Shown one piece after another: positions 1 to 8,213 of a stretch of 18,061 nucleotides of DNA (the stretch's first letter is position 1; each line of letters begins with the position of its first letter). Position numbers and translations under genes: made by a program. The notes beneath the pieces are model-generated. The model made no database searches, was not told where the DNA came from, and saw only the letters and a program-made list of their open reading frames with translations. Origin of the DNA: Chitinivibrionales bacterium (GTDB taxonomy: Bacteria > Fibrobacterota > Chitinivibrionia > Chitinivibrionales > WJKA01); NCBI GenBank assembly GCA_038247415.1, contig JBBRUX010000062.1, positions 1-18,061 on the forward strand. Direction: 5' to 3'.

Positions 1-174
1 GTAGCGATCCGACCGTTCATCTTTATGACGTGCAATGCGATCGCGCATCTCATCATCGAATGCAACAGCAGTGGCAATAAAGCCGCGCTTGGTATAACTC
101 TTTTCTGCGAGCTCAAGTGCAAACGAGCTTTTGCCTGAACGCGATCCTCCGGTAATAAGTGTTATTTTTCCCAT
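1..174 (-). CDS. cobU: Bifunctional adenosylcobinamide kinase / adenosylcobinamide-phosphate guanylyltransferase, N-terminal 58 aa, truncated by the window edge
   Basis: Not in the ORF track. Manual translation from ATG at 174 gives MGKITLITGGSRSGKSSFALELAEKSYTKRGFIATAVAFDDEMRDRIARHKDERSDRY, with the CobU/CobP motifs TGGxRSGKS (P-loop), IATA and DxEMxxRIxxH. Overlaps the upstream gene by 13 nt. Confidence 0.95.
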   Translation of the reverse strand, partial: MGKITLITGGSRSGKSSFALELAEKSYTKRGFIATAVAFDDEMRDRIARHKDERSDRY

Positions 175-965
175 AATGCCTTTAATAATTCAACCGACGA
201 AAAGGTTTCATCCTGCGAAAAGAGTTCTATTGTAACGACCTTTGAATAATTTCTGAGCACCGTATTAATAAATAATTTCAGTTCTTCTTTATCATGATGA
301 ATCAATGACTTATGATCTTTACCCTCATGCAGGCCATGAAAATGGATAACGCGAGTCTGCGGTAACAATGCAGTGCAAATTTCCTGCCATGGCTGCTTAT
401 AAATCCACAAGTGACCAATATCAATACAGTGCGAAAACGAGTGTCGATTCACCAGCGGAATATTGAGCATTGCATCGTAGCCCAAGGTCTCGACACAGAA
501 TTTTTTTGGATCGGCATATCGAGCAAGGTCGGCACACACCGAATCGACCCGTTGTTTCCAAGGACCAACTTCGGATACTTCGTAGGGAAACCGAATTCCT
601 TCTAAATGGAGGATGTATCCAAATGGACCAAGCTGTTCTGTAAGTTCTATAACACTAATCGCCTGTTGTGTAAAAAAGAATCGTTCGCGTGGATCTTCCG
701 AGCCAGCTTTGCGATCGATAGGAAAATGGACGGTGTAGGTAATGTTGTACTGTTTCGAAAGTTCTGCGAGTTCGGCAATCACCAGCGGATCTGGCATATT
801 TGAGTAGTCACTCGACTCAAAAAGAACCAATTCAATATCATCAAATACCGGTGCGAGCAAACGCACATTCGGCACAATATCAGCTGGATACACGTAGGAT
901 GTGCAACCCAATTTAAAGGGAAAATGGTGTTTCTTGCTCATATTTTTCAGAGGTACCTCATACAT
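162..965 (-). CDS. cbiR: Cobamide remodelling phosphodiesterase CbiR-like (AP endonuclease 2 / xylose isomerase-like TIM barrel)
   Basis: 267 aa. N-terminal LGCTSYVYPADIVPNV..DDIELVLFES and metal-ligand-type motifs TVHFP, ILH, CVET, CIDIGH, VIHFHG..KDH, TIELF. Lies between btuF and cobU in a B12-riboswitch operon. Alternative start ATG at 941. Confidence 0.75.
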   Translation of the reverse strand: MYEVPLKNMSKKHHFPFKLGCTSYVYPADIVPNVRLLAPVFDDIELVLFESSDYSNMPDPLVIAELAELSKQYNITYTVHFPIDRKAGSEDPRERFFFTQQAISVIELTEQLGPFGYILHLEGIRFPYEVSEVGPWKQRVDSVCADLARYADPKKFCVETLGYDAMLNIPLVNRHSFSHCIDIGHLWIYKQPWQEICTALLPQTRVIHFHGLHEGKDHKSLIHHDKEELKLFINTVLRNYSKVVTIELFSQDETFSSVELLKALWEK

Positions 966-1018
966 TTATTGTGCATCATGCCCAACAAATTAAAATCCAA
1001 AAACTCATAGCATTACAA

Positions 1019-1921
1019 CTATCTGTCAATATTTTTTGGCTTCATTTTCTTAAGGCGCCACTCCCCCACAATTCTGCGCACATCACTCAGCAGCATCATG
1101 ATTCGCGGACTCGGGATTGTCGCATAATCGGCACTCACCGAAAAAACCTGGCTATCCTGAATTGCCGGAACCGTGGTAAAAATCTGCCAGTCCTTCTTGA
1201 GTTTTTGGGCTTGTGATCGATACTGCTCCATACTCGGCATGACATCAATAATGATATCCGGTTTTAACCGCATAATTGCTTCGGCGCTAATCGTTGGATA
1301 ATTTGCCGACGTGTCGCTCATAATGTTTTTAGCGCCTGCCAAGGTTATGAGTTCCCCATAAAACGTCCCTTGAGCTGCCACCCAGCACGACGACACTTTT
1401 CCTGTGCCAGCTCCATCGCGACCAATGGTTATCATGATTGATGGTTTTGGGGATGCAGTGTCGGCGCTCAACTTTTCCCGCATATTTTTGGTTAGCGAGT
1501 CACCTTTGGGTGTTGCTCCAAGATATTGGGCAATGGTATCAATAGAAGCAACCACCGCCGAAAGGTTGTGATCGTCTATGAGCACACATTTTATGTTTTG
1601 CGACTTACAAAAATCCGCAACTTTACTTTGTTCTTTAAGGATAAATACAAGATCCGGTTTCAGTGATAACATCACCTCAAAATTCGGATCGAGATATCCA
1701 CCCAAATGCTGAATATTCTTAACCTCTTTGGGCCACGTGCAAAAGTCGCTTACCCCTTTAACAACATTCCCTTTACCGATAAGGAATATAGTTTCGGTGA
1801 TGCTTGGGGCAAGAGAAATGACCCGTGTATAGGTAGCTGCAGTCGCATCCTTTGACTGCGTGCGACTCTGACAACCAAACACAAGAAGCGATAGTAATCC
1901 AGCCAAAAAAAGTCTAAGCAT
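1019..1921 (-). CDS. btuF: Cobalamin ABC transporter substrate-binding lipoprotein (helical-backbone metal receptor)
   Basis: 300 aa. Lipobox LVFGC; RVISLAPSITE, GVSDFC, PNFEVMLSLKPDLV, ISAEAIMRLKPDIII, PSPR. AGGA SD 7 nt before the ATG. B12 operon context. Confidence 0.85.
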   Translation of the reverse strand: MLRLFLAGLLSLLVFGCQSRTQSKDATAATYTRVISLAPSITETIFLIGKGNVVKGVSDFCTWPKEVKNIQHLGGYLDPNFEVMLSLKPDLVFILKEQSKVADFCKSQNIKCVLIDDHNLSAVVASIDTIAQYLGATPKGDSLTKNMREKLSADTASPKPSIMITIGRDGAGTGKVSSCWVAAQGTFYGELITLAGAKNIMSDTSANYPTISAEAIMRLKPDIIIDVMPSMEQYRSQAQKLKKDWQIFTTVPAIQDSQVFSVSADYATIPSPRIMMLLSDVRRIVGEWRLKKMKPKNIDR

Positions 1922-1932
1922 TGATATTTCCT

Positions 1933-3099
1933 TTACTTTCTCTCAACTATTGCCATAGAGCCAGGGTTTAATCCGGCAGTATTGGTAATAGTCGATCCGA
2001 TTTTCTGATTGGTTGCAGCATCAAAAACAAGCAACCCGCCTTTGCTAGTACCTTGTTCCCCAACATATAAACGCTGAATTACCGAATCGTAACAAATTCC
2101 TCCGTATGCATTGGTTATACCCGAAAGGGTTGCGACAACGGTTCCTGTGAAAAAATTTGCTTCTACTACGCGTACATCACCCCACGCTACATAGGTTTCA
2201 ACATACCAACTCGTTCCACCCTTGCAAACAATATGCTCGGGTCGTCCACCCAACGTCGATTTGCTTATTGCATTTGGCAGATGTTGTCTGTTAGTCAGGT
2301 TGAGCACTTCAACTGCTCCATCATTTAATGCATCGTAGCTGCCACACGACGTTACATACAGGAGGTTGTTTCGCAGCACCATTGATGTCGGATTGGTGTA
2401 AGCCAATGTGATAGTGTCAATTATTGTATTACTGTTTTTATTTATAAGCACAATCAAACCAGGTCCATAGAGTGCGGGAGAATCGGTAGTCCGATGATTC
2501 ATGAGAACATACACAGTATCCCCATATTGAGTAAGCGCTGTTGCGTAGGGGCTTGGTGTTGCACTTGTTGGCGTTGGATTATAACAATATGCAGCCGTTG
2601 AGATTCTCCCGGTTGAATCACCTGTCTCTGGGTTGACAATCAACACATAGGGAACATTCTCTGTTGCAACGAAAGCCTTGGTAGCATTAATTACTTCGAT
2701 ATCGAGCGGATTACAGTTATCTGCCAGACTCTTTTCATATACCACAGATTGTTGACCTAAAACCGAATCACCTTTATTCGGGTCGATCTTGAGGATATTG
2801 TCTGTCCCAAATCCCTCGAGTGCATACAGATACCCCCCAACATTTTTCAGTCGTACATCAGCCCCGATAGTGAGTGAATTCGATGCGTAACTTGACGAAG
2901 TATCATTCATCCAGTTAAGCTGACCATTAACATAATTGTTTGTGGCAACAAAGAGAACTCGAGAGGCATGCGAATTATCAAGAGGAGCCACGACTACCTT
3001 GGTATCAAATATACACCCGTTAAGAAGCACTACTCCCGATACGAGAGCCACAGCAAGCGACACAATTTTCTTCATTTTCATAATCATTAACCCTTTCAT
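1933..3099 (-). CDS. Lipoprotein with probable YncE/YVTN-type beta-propeller, BtuG-like putative cobamide-capture protein
   Basis: 388 aa. Basic N-terminus, hydrophobic stretch and lipobox LLNGC. Beta-rich propeller-like blades (NTIIDTITLAYTNPTSMVL, FDAATNQKIGSTI, NPGSMAI). Lies between btuB and btuF. True start may be 3087, 3081 or 3075 (AAAGGG at 3096-3091). Confidence 0.65.
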   Translation of the reverse strand: MKGLMIMKMKKIVSLAVALVSGVVLLNGCIFDTKVVVAPLDNSHASRVLFVATNNYVNGQLNWMNDTSSSYASNSLTIGADVRLKNVGGYLYALEGFGTDNILKIDPNKGDSVLGQQSVVYEKSLADNCNPLDIEVINATKAFVATENVPYVLIVNPETGDSTGRISTAAYCYNPTPTSATPSPYATALTQYGDTVYVLMNHRTTDSPALYGPGLIVLINKNSNTIIDTITLAYTNPTSMVLRNNLLYVTSCGSYDALNDGAVEVLNLTNRQHLPNAISKSTLGGRPEHIVCKGGTSWYVETYVAWGDVRVVEANFFTGTVVATLSGITNAYGGICYDSVIQRLYVGEQGTSKGGLLVFDAATNQKIGSTITNTAGLNPGSMAIVERK

Positions 3100-5252
3100 T
3101 ACAACGTGTAGGATAACGTACCGAAAAATCCCCTTCCGGGAAAAGGATTTGAACCGTACGCATCTCCGTAAAAAAAGACATTGGTGATATTATTTATTGC
3201 GAGAATTACACTCAAGCGGGGCCCCGCCAAAGCAGTAATTTTTGCATCATGGGTAAAGACAGATGGTCGTTGTAGTGTATTAGGATAATCGAAAAAAACA
3301 GGGCTTGAGTATGAAAAAACATAGTTCAGCGAGAGAAACGAAAGTGGTGAAAGAGTGGTTCGAAAAGTACCAGAAAGCACTGGTTCGTTAGGAATCTGTT
3401 TGAGCAACTGGTTCGCATAAATCGTGCGGCATAAAGGGTTTTGAAGCGTGCTCTGCGCCTCTATGCCCAACTTGTCATGAAATAGCGAGGTGCCTACATT
3501 ACACTCAAGGCCACTAATCCGCGCTTCGTCAAGATTACGTGCAACCATCCCTTGAGGAGTTGTAAGCAAGGAAATAGCCTGAGAGTTGAGAGTAGAAAAT
3601 AAAGCTACATCTCCAAAAAAATGGGCAGTTTTGATTTTAACTCCACCATCAACGGTTGTACCTTTTTCTACGTGTAAATGAGGATTCGGCATGACCGTTC
3701 CATTGCTGCCATACCGTTCCATGAGGGTTGGCCGGCGATAATAAGTACCAACATTCATGTAGGCCTTTACACATGTATGTGGCGATGCCCACACACCAAT
3801 TCTTCCTGATTGGTAATGAAAGTTACCTTCGCCGTTTAGAGAATCCACAAAAAATGTAGTGGGCATAAAATCACGTGTGCTGTTTGCACGCATATGCACA
3901 CCTTCGAGTTGCCCTGCAATAATTATCGATGCCCATTGTAACGGATTAATCGTTGCATCCACAGCAGCAGAGCCCGACACTTCATTATTATTGGCTTGCG
4001 GGTTTACAGCAATTTCTTTTGTAAACGATTTTGGAACAATTTCAGTGTATCGCCCAACCAGACTAGCATCTATGATGCAAAATTCTCCAGGACTAAACCA
4101 CATAAGATTCGATTTAAATAAGGCCCGATTCTCCTGCGTACCAATGTCAATTATTGGTAAAGAGCCCCATTGCGAGTTCACCTTGTCTAAATCTGTAAAA
4201 CTATAGCGCAACACATTTCCTGTGTATCCAAGATTACCACGCAACACAAACCCTTTGTCAATAAATTTAGTGTTTTTTCCATGCACCACAACATCGAGTC
4301 CTTCGGTTGCCAATGCTGCTGTGGGTGCTGGCCGCTGCTCGGATCGGGGAAGTCCTTGATGGCTTTGCTGATAGCGAATGGTCGCAGCCAATTCAGAAGA
4401 ATATTTCGGCATTGGTAACCGAATCCTGCTTAAGGCGGATATACCTCGATATTGAGCATTTCGTTGGTCTCGATACACATCATCAGCAGTATTATTCCCT
4501 GTTCCATTGCGATCTAAATAACGAAAGTCATTTTCTGCAGACTCATAGGAAATATTCGTGTATCCATCTGCCAATTTCAAATCGGGAATCGGATAAAAAA
4601 GTGCTATGGCAGACTGCATATGCCCGTATGAACCTGCACCGGCAATAATATCCCCTTTTAGTGAATCCACACGTGATGGAGTTTTAAGCACCACTGCCCC
4701 ACCGATGCTATTTCCGCCAAATGCTGCAGGTGTAATGCCTTTGTATACTGTAATATTGTCAATAAGCGAGGGTGAGATTTTACTTAAATCCACAGCGCTC
4801 CCATCGATACTATTTAATTGCATATCATCTAAAAACACTGCAACTTTACTACCAGGAATACCTCTGAGCGATACCGTTTGAAAGCTGCCTACTCCCCCAT
4901 ATTTTTTAGTTTGAATTCCACTCTGCGACGAAAGAATTTCAGCTATGTTTTTCCCGGCCCCCTGATATTCCTTGACCTTGACAATAGCAATATCTGAGGG
5001 AGTGACAAACACTTGATTGTGTCGAGTATCACGAACGCGTATTTCGTGGCGAATTGTATCTGCCAAAACGGGAGAAGTTACCTGCGAAGATGTATCTGAA
5101 AGGGTACCGGATGATGGGATTGAATCACTCAAATGAGAAGGAGCCGCTAATGAATTGGAAGCACTTGAATCTGCATTCGAAAATGCAAAAAAAACGAGTA
5201 TAACTATATACCCAATGCCATTACGAATATGAAAATAACAATAAGAAGACAC
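3099..5252 (-). CDS. btuB: TonB-dependent outer membrane receptor, BtuB-like (cobalamin)
   Basis: 717 aa, GTG start. Signal-like N-terminus; plug motifs AEILSSQSGI, VSLRG, VAVFLDD, ITVYKG, GGAV; barrel motifs YRRPTLMERY, PNPHLHVEKG, INNITN; terminal PGRGFFGTLSYTL. First gene behind a cobalamin riboswitch. Confidence 0.85.
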   Translation of the reverse strand: MSSYCYFHIRNGIGYIVILVFFAFSNADSSASNSLAAPSHLSDSIPSSGTLSDTSSQVTSPVLADTIRHEIRVRDTRHNQVFVTPSDIAIVKVKEYQGAGKNIAEILSSQSGIQTKKYGGVGSFQTVSLRGIPGSKVAVFLDDMQLNSIDGSAVDLSKISPSLIDNITVYKGITPAAFGGNSIGGAVVLKTPSRVDSLKGDIIAGAGSYGHMQSAIALFYPIPDLKLADGYTNISYESAENDFRYLDRNGTGNNTADDVYRDQRNAQYRGISALSRIRLPMPKYSSELAATIRYQQSHQGLPRSEQRPAPTAALATEGLDVVVHGKNTKFIDKGFVLRGNLGYTGNVLRYSFTDLDKVNSQWGSLPIIDIGTQENRALFKSNLMWFSPGEFCIIDASLVGRYTEIVPKSFTKEIAVNPQANNNEVSGSAAVDATINPLQWASIIIAGQLEGVHMRANSTRDFMPTTFFVDSLNGEGNFHYQSGRIGVWASPHTCVKAYMNVGTYYRRPTLMERYGSNGTVMPNPHLHVEKGTTVDGGVKIKTAHFFGDVALFSTLNSQAISLLTTPQGMVARNLDEARISGLECNVGTSLFHDKLGIEAQSTLQNPLCRTIYANQLLKQIPNEPVLSGTFRTTLSPLSFLSLNYVFSYSSPVFFDYPNTLQRPSVFTHDAKITALAGPRLSVILAINNITNVFFYGDAYGSNPFPGRGFFGTLSYTL

Positions 5253-5303
5253 GAAAATAACCCCCAGCCCCTACCACGAGGACCGCAAGCAAAAGAAAAG
5301 ATG

Positions 5304-5457
5304 TCGTTCGGCAGGTCTCCTGACTTTCCCAATTCTGCGGCCTTCCCGTTCTTAAAGAACAGTGACCAAGATTGCAGAATTCTTGCACCCAGAGGGTGGA
5401 GATTTACAGTGGCGGGTCCGTTCCGGAATTTCACCGGATTCCCTGAAGCCAAAACGA
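5304..5457 (-). ncRNA. Cobalamin (B12) riboswitch
   Basis: Minus strand reads AGGGAA-TCCGGTGAAATTCCGGA-ACGGACCCGCCACTGT ... CACTG-GTTCT/AGAAC hairpin-GGGAAGG ... AAGTCAGGAGACCTGCC (B12 box, 5326-5310). It is closed by P1 TCGTTTTGGC/GCCGAACGA and ends about 50 nt upstream of the btuB start. Confidence 0.96.
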
Positions 5458-5475
5458 ATGAAAAAGAACGGGTTC

Positions 5476-5504
5476 AATATACATCGAATAGCCAAGGGTG
5501 TCAA
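5476..5504 (-). promoter_or_regulatory. Sigma70-type promoter of the cobamide operon
   Basis: TTGACA (5504-5499), 17-nt spacer, TATATT (5481-5476), ending about 20 nt upstream of riboswitch P1. Confidence 0.8.
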
Positions 5505-5585
5505 ATAGCCATCAAACTACCCAGCGAGTTGCTTAAACCAACATTCTTCGGGGTGAGTTACGCCTGACTTTCGCTGCGAAAGCAA

Positions 5586-7352
5586 CTATTCTGATGCTGT
5601 CCACAATCCTAACCCAGGGTTTGAGACAGCAAAAAAATCATCTCCGTCGACTGTTTGATAGAATCCTGTATGGCGATCCGAGCCGTAACGGGCAATAATA
5701 CTTTCCGGATCTGCCCACTTAAAACCCACCGATTCTATTTCTTCTTTTGTCATCTTTGTTGTAGCGTAGGTTATTGAAAACCGGCCTTCGCTTGATCCAT
5801 GGATAAGGTGGGCCGCCACACTCAGCGAATCTGCAAGTTCGTTACCCTCTTTGACCCACGCAAGGATCTGGTCTCGCGAACGGTATCCGTACTTACGGAT
5901 GAGCGCATCGGCAGCCGGGTCTTCGCCAAACCGTTCGATGTCAGGTGCGACAACAATCAATTCCCCTCCGTGCGCCATTGCCATGCGAGTGCGATAAATG
6001 GCCTTGTTGCCAAGCCATGTGCTGTGGTATTCGCCACGCGGAAGATAGACAACGCATTTTTTGAGCGGTTGTGACAAGTGTGTGATATTGACTTGCGCAG
6101 AAAGCTGCGATGCATCTTCGAAGCACTGTTGGCCGGAGCCGACATACAGGCCGCGCACATGCTTACCCGATCCGTCAATTACTGTTAGAACGTAAATGAT
6201 TGGCACATCATCAAGAAACCGCCGTTGCGCTTCGGAAAAAAGCGCGCGTACCGGATTGACCGCCTTCCCCATGATGCGCTCCATACCATACACCGCACCG
6301 AGAAAGTGCGTAGCGTCAATGCTTCTTTTCCCACCGCAGCCAACGAGAATGTTTTTGCTGTGATTTGCCATGCCGGCAACTTCGTGGGGGACGACCTGGC
6401 CGATTGATAGGATGCAATCCAATGACTTGTCTGTCAGGAGCCGGTTGACCTCCACAGGCCATGGCTCTGCTATCAGACCCTCCGAGACAGACGACACAAA
6501 CCCACCTGGAATTTCCCCGAGGAGCTCAAGATCATCGCGCCAGGAGTGGTTGACTATGAGGGACTGAGGAATAGCGCCGAACATTCGCCGGATTTCGTCC
6601 CCGTGCATTGGCTGGTGCGATCCGAGGGCCGGAAGGATCGCCGAGACCGAAGTGCCAAAAAACTCACATGCGTATCGCGTCAATTCTCCTGCACGAGAAG
6701 TAAAGCGGGTAATATCGGGGGGAATGATGAGAACTTTTTTGCGCGTGCCAAGCTTCTCCAAGGCAGCACGAAGCCCATCGCGAAGCTGCTGCGGGGAAAG
6801 TGACGTCTGGGGGGATCCTGTTGACAAAAGGGTTTGTTGCCGTAACGGGAAAACACCACCGGGGTGCGTGCGTATCAAAGTGATGTGCCGAATAATTGTA
6901 TCACACATCTGCAGCGGCGTTGAATCGATCGGGATCCTGATCGCATCGGAAGGTTCCTCAAGCGCCGAAAGCTGGCTGTCAAGCAGTCCGGGTGAGAAAA
7001 AATGCCCCGAGCGGGTAGTGAGCCGTTTCAGCAGCACTTCCCGAGGGCCCACGAGATACACATAGGTGACCGGTCCTCCTGCGCTGAGGATATCCCGATA
7101 CTTCTGTTTAAGTGCCGAACATGCAAGCACTGCATTGCCAGCGCTGTTGCACTCTCCGATCTTCCGGGCAAGTGCGGCAAGCCAGGGAAATCGATCGTCA
7201 TCATCCAGCGCAATTCCCGCCGACATTTTTCGTTTGTTTGCTTCGGGGTGAAAATCGTCCCCATCAAAAAAAGGGATCTTCAACTCTTGTGCCACAAGCT
7301 GGCCAACGGTTGTCTTGCCCGACCCCGAAACGCCCATGATTACATAAACCAT
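5586..7352 (-). CDS. gntK: Fusion protein: N-terminal gluconokinase (GntK/IdnK type) plus C-terminal LarA-family (lactate racemase domain) nickel-pincer epimerase, probable D-mannonate/D-gluconate 2-epimerase (GntE-like)
   Basis: 588 aa uninterrupted ORF. Residues 1-~157 carry MGVSGSGKTT, DGDDFHPEANKRKMSAGIALDDDDRFPWL, LACSALKQKYR and RSGHFFSPGLLDSQLSALEEP. Residues ~175-588 carry PPDITR, ALGSH, VVPHEVAGMANHSKNILVG, ATHFLG and STWLGNKAIYRTR. GGAG SD in the end of the upstream gene. Confidence 0.85.
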   Translation of the reverse strand: MVYVIMGVSGSGKTTVGQLVAQELKIPFFDGDDFHPEANKRKMSAGIALDDDDRFPWLAALARKIGECNSAGNAVLACSALKQKYRDILSAGGPVTYVYLVGPREVLLKRLTTRSGHFFSPGLLDSQLSALEEPSDAIRIPIDSTPLQMCDTIIRHITLIRTHPGGVFPLRQQTLLSTGSPQTSLSPQQLRDGLRAALEKLGTRKKVLIIPPDITRFTSRAGELTRYACEFFGTSVSAILPALGSHQPMHGDEIRRMFGAIPQSLIVNHSWRDDLELLGEIPGGFVSSVSEGLIAEPWPVEVNRLLTDKSLDCILSIGQVVPHEVAGMANHSKNILVGCGGKRSIDATHFLGAVYGMERIMGKAVNPVRALFSEAQRRFLDDVPIIYVLTVIDGSGKHVRGLYVGSGQQCFEDASQLSAQVNITHLSQPLKKCVVYLPRGEYHSTWLGNKAIYRTRMAMAHGGELIVVAPDIERFGEDPAADALIRKYGYRSRDQILAWVKEGNELADSLSVAAHLIHGSSEGRFSITYATTKMTKEEIESVGFKWADPESIIARYGSDRHTGFYQTVDGDDFFAVSNPGLGLWTASE

Positions 7353-7355
7353 ATG

Positions 7356-8198
7356 TTACACTCCACAATAAGCCGAAAAACCGCCATCAACCGGAAGAAC
7401 TACACCAGTAATGAAACGCGCAGCGTCGGAGAGAAGGAACAGAGCTGCGTCGGCAACTTCCCGTGGATCGCCAAATCGCCCCATGGGCGTGTGTGCAAGA
7501 ATCTTCTGGGCACGCTGCGTTGGCTGACCAGATTTCTCATCGAGCAAAAGGAAACGGTTTTGGTCGGTAAGAAAAAAACCTGGCGACACCCCATTCACCC
7601 GAACATTGACAGGGGCAAAATGTACAGCCAGCCACTGAGTGAAATTATTAATCGAAGCTTTTGCTGCTGAGTAGGCAGGGATTTTTGTAAGCGGCCGAAA
7701 TGCGGTCATAGACGAAACCGTAATAATCGATCCACTGCGGGCTGCTGCCATGTCTTGCGCAAAAACCATGCAGGGAAGAATGGTCCCTTTGACATTGAGG
7801 TCGAATACCTCATCAAAACCGTCTATGTCAAGCCCGAAAAAGGTTGACTGGAAATCGTTTGCGGCGGACAGATCGAGTGCTTCTCGCTTTGTTGTAGCTT
7901 TGGGAGAATTCCCGCCTGCGCAATTAACTAGCATTGAAACCGGACCGATGGATTGACTTATTGCAGTGCGGACCTGCATGAGGGCGTCCCGACTCAGGAC
8001 ATCTGCTGCATATCCAACACAAACGCCTCCACACTCACGGGAAATCTCAGTGGCGAAACGTTCGGCCTTGGCTCGATCACGCCCAAGAATTACGGTCTTG
8101 ACACCAACGCTCACAAGGGCGCGGGCAATAGTACTGCCGATTGCGCCGGTTCCGCCGGTTACAACAGCAACCGATCCGGGAAATGAGAATTCGTTCAT
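7356..8198 (-). CDS. uxuB: SDR-family D-mannonate oxidoreductase (fructuronate reductase)
   Basis: TGGTGAIG, NCAGGNSPKATT, SSMTAFRPLTKIPAYSAAK (YxxxK), FTQWLAVHFA, PGFFLTDQNRFLL and HTPMGRFG match the Bacillus/Bacteroides-type UxuB SDR. Directly follows uxaC. Start set at ATG 8198 (AAAGGA 6 nt upstream). Confidence 0.85.
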   Translation of the reverse strand: MNEFSFPGSVAVVTGGTGAIGSTIARALVSVGVKTVILGRDRAKAERFATEISRECGGVCVGYAADVLSRDALMQVRTAISQSIGPVSMLVNCAGGNSPKATTKREALDLSAANDFQSTFFGLDIDGFDEVFDLNVKGTILPCMVFAQDMAAARSGSIITVSSMTAFRPLTKIPAYSAAKASINNFTQWLAVHFAPVNVRVNGVSPGFFLTDQNRFLLLDEKSGQPTQRAQKILAHTPMGRFGDPREVADAALFLLSDAARFITGVVLPVDGGFSAYCGV

Positions 8199-8213
8199 CA
8201 CACGTCCTTTGCG

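Noticed and set aside
5204..5567. ORFs 5204..5452 (-) and 5229..5567 (+)
   Set aside because: They overlie the cobalamin riboswitch and its promoter and show no protein-family character.
5568..5582. Small hairpin CTTTCG-CTG-CGAAAG after the fusion gene stop
   Set aside because: Only 6 bp with no U-tract, not enough to call a terminator.
7002..7670. 222 aa plus-strand ORF and the many other 60-170 aa antisense or alternate-frame ORFs in the window
   Set aside because: They lie inside well-supported genes and have no recognisable motifs, consistent with shadow ORFs.
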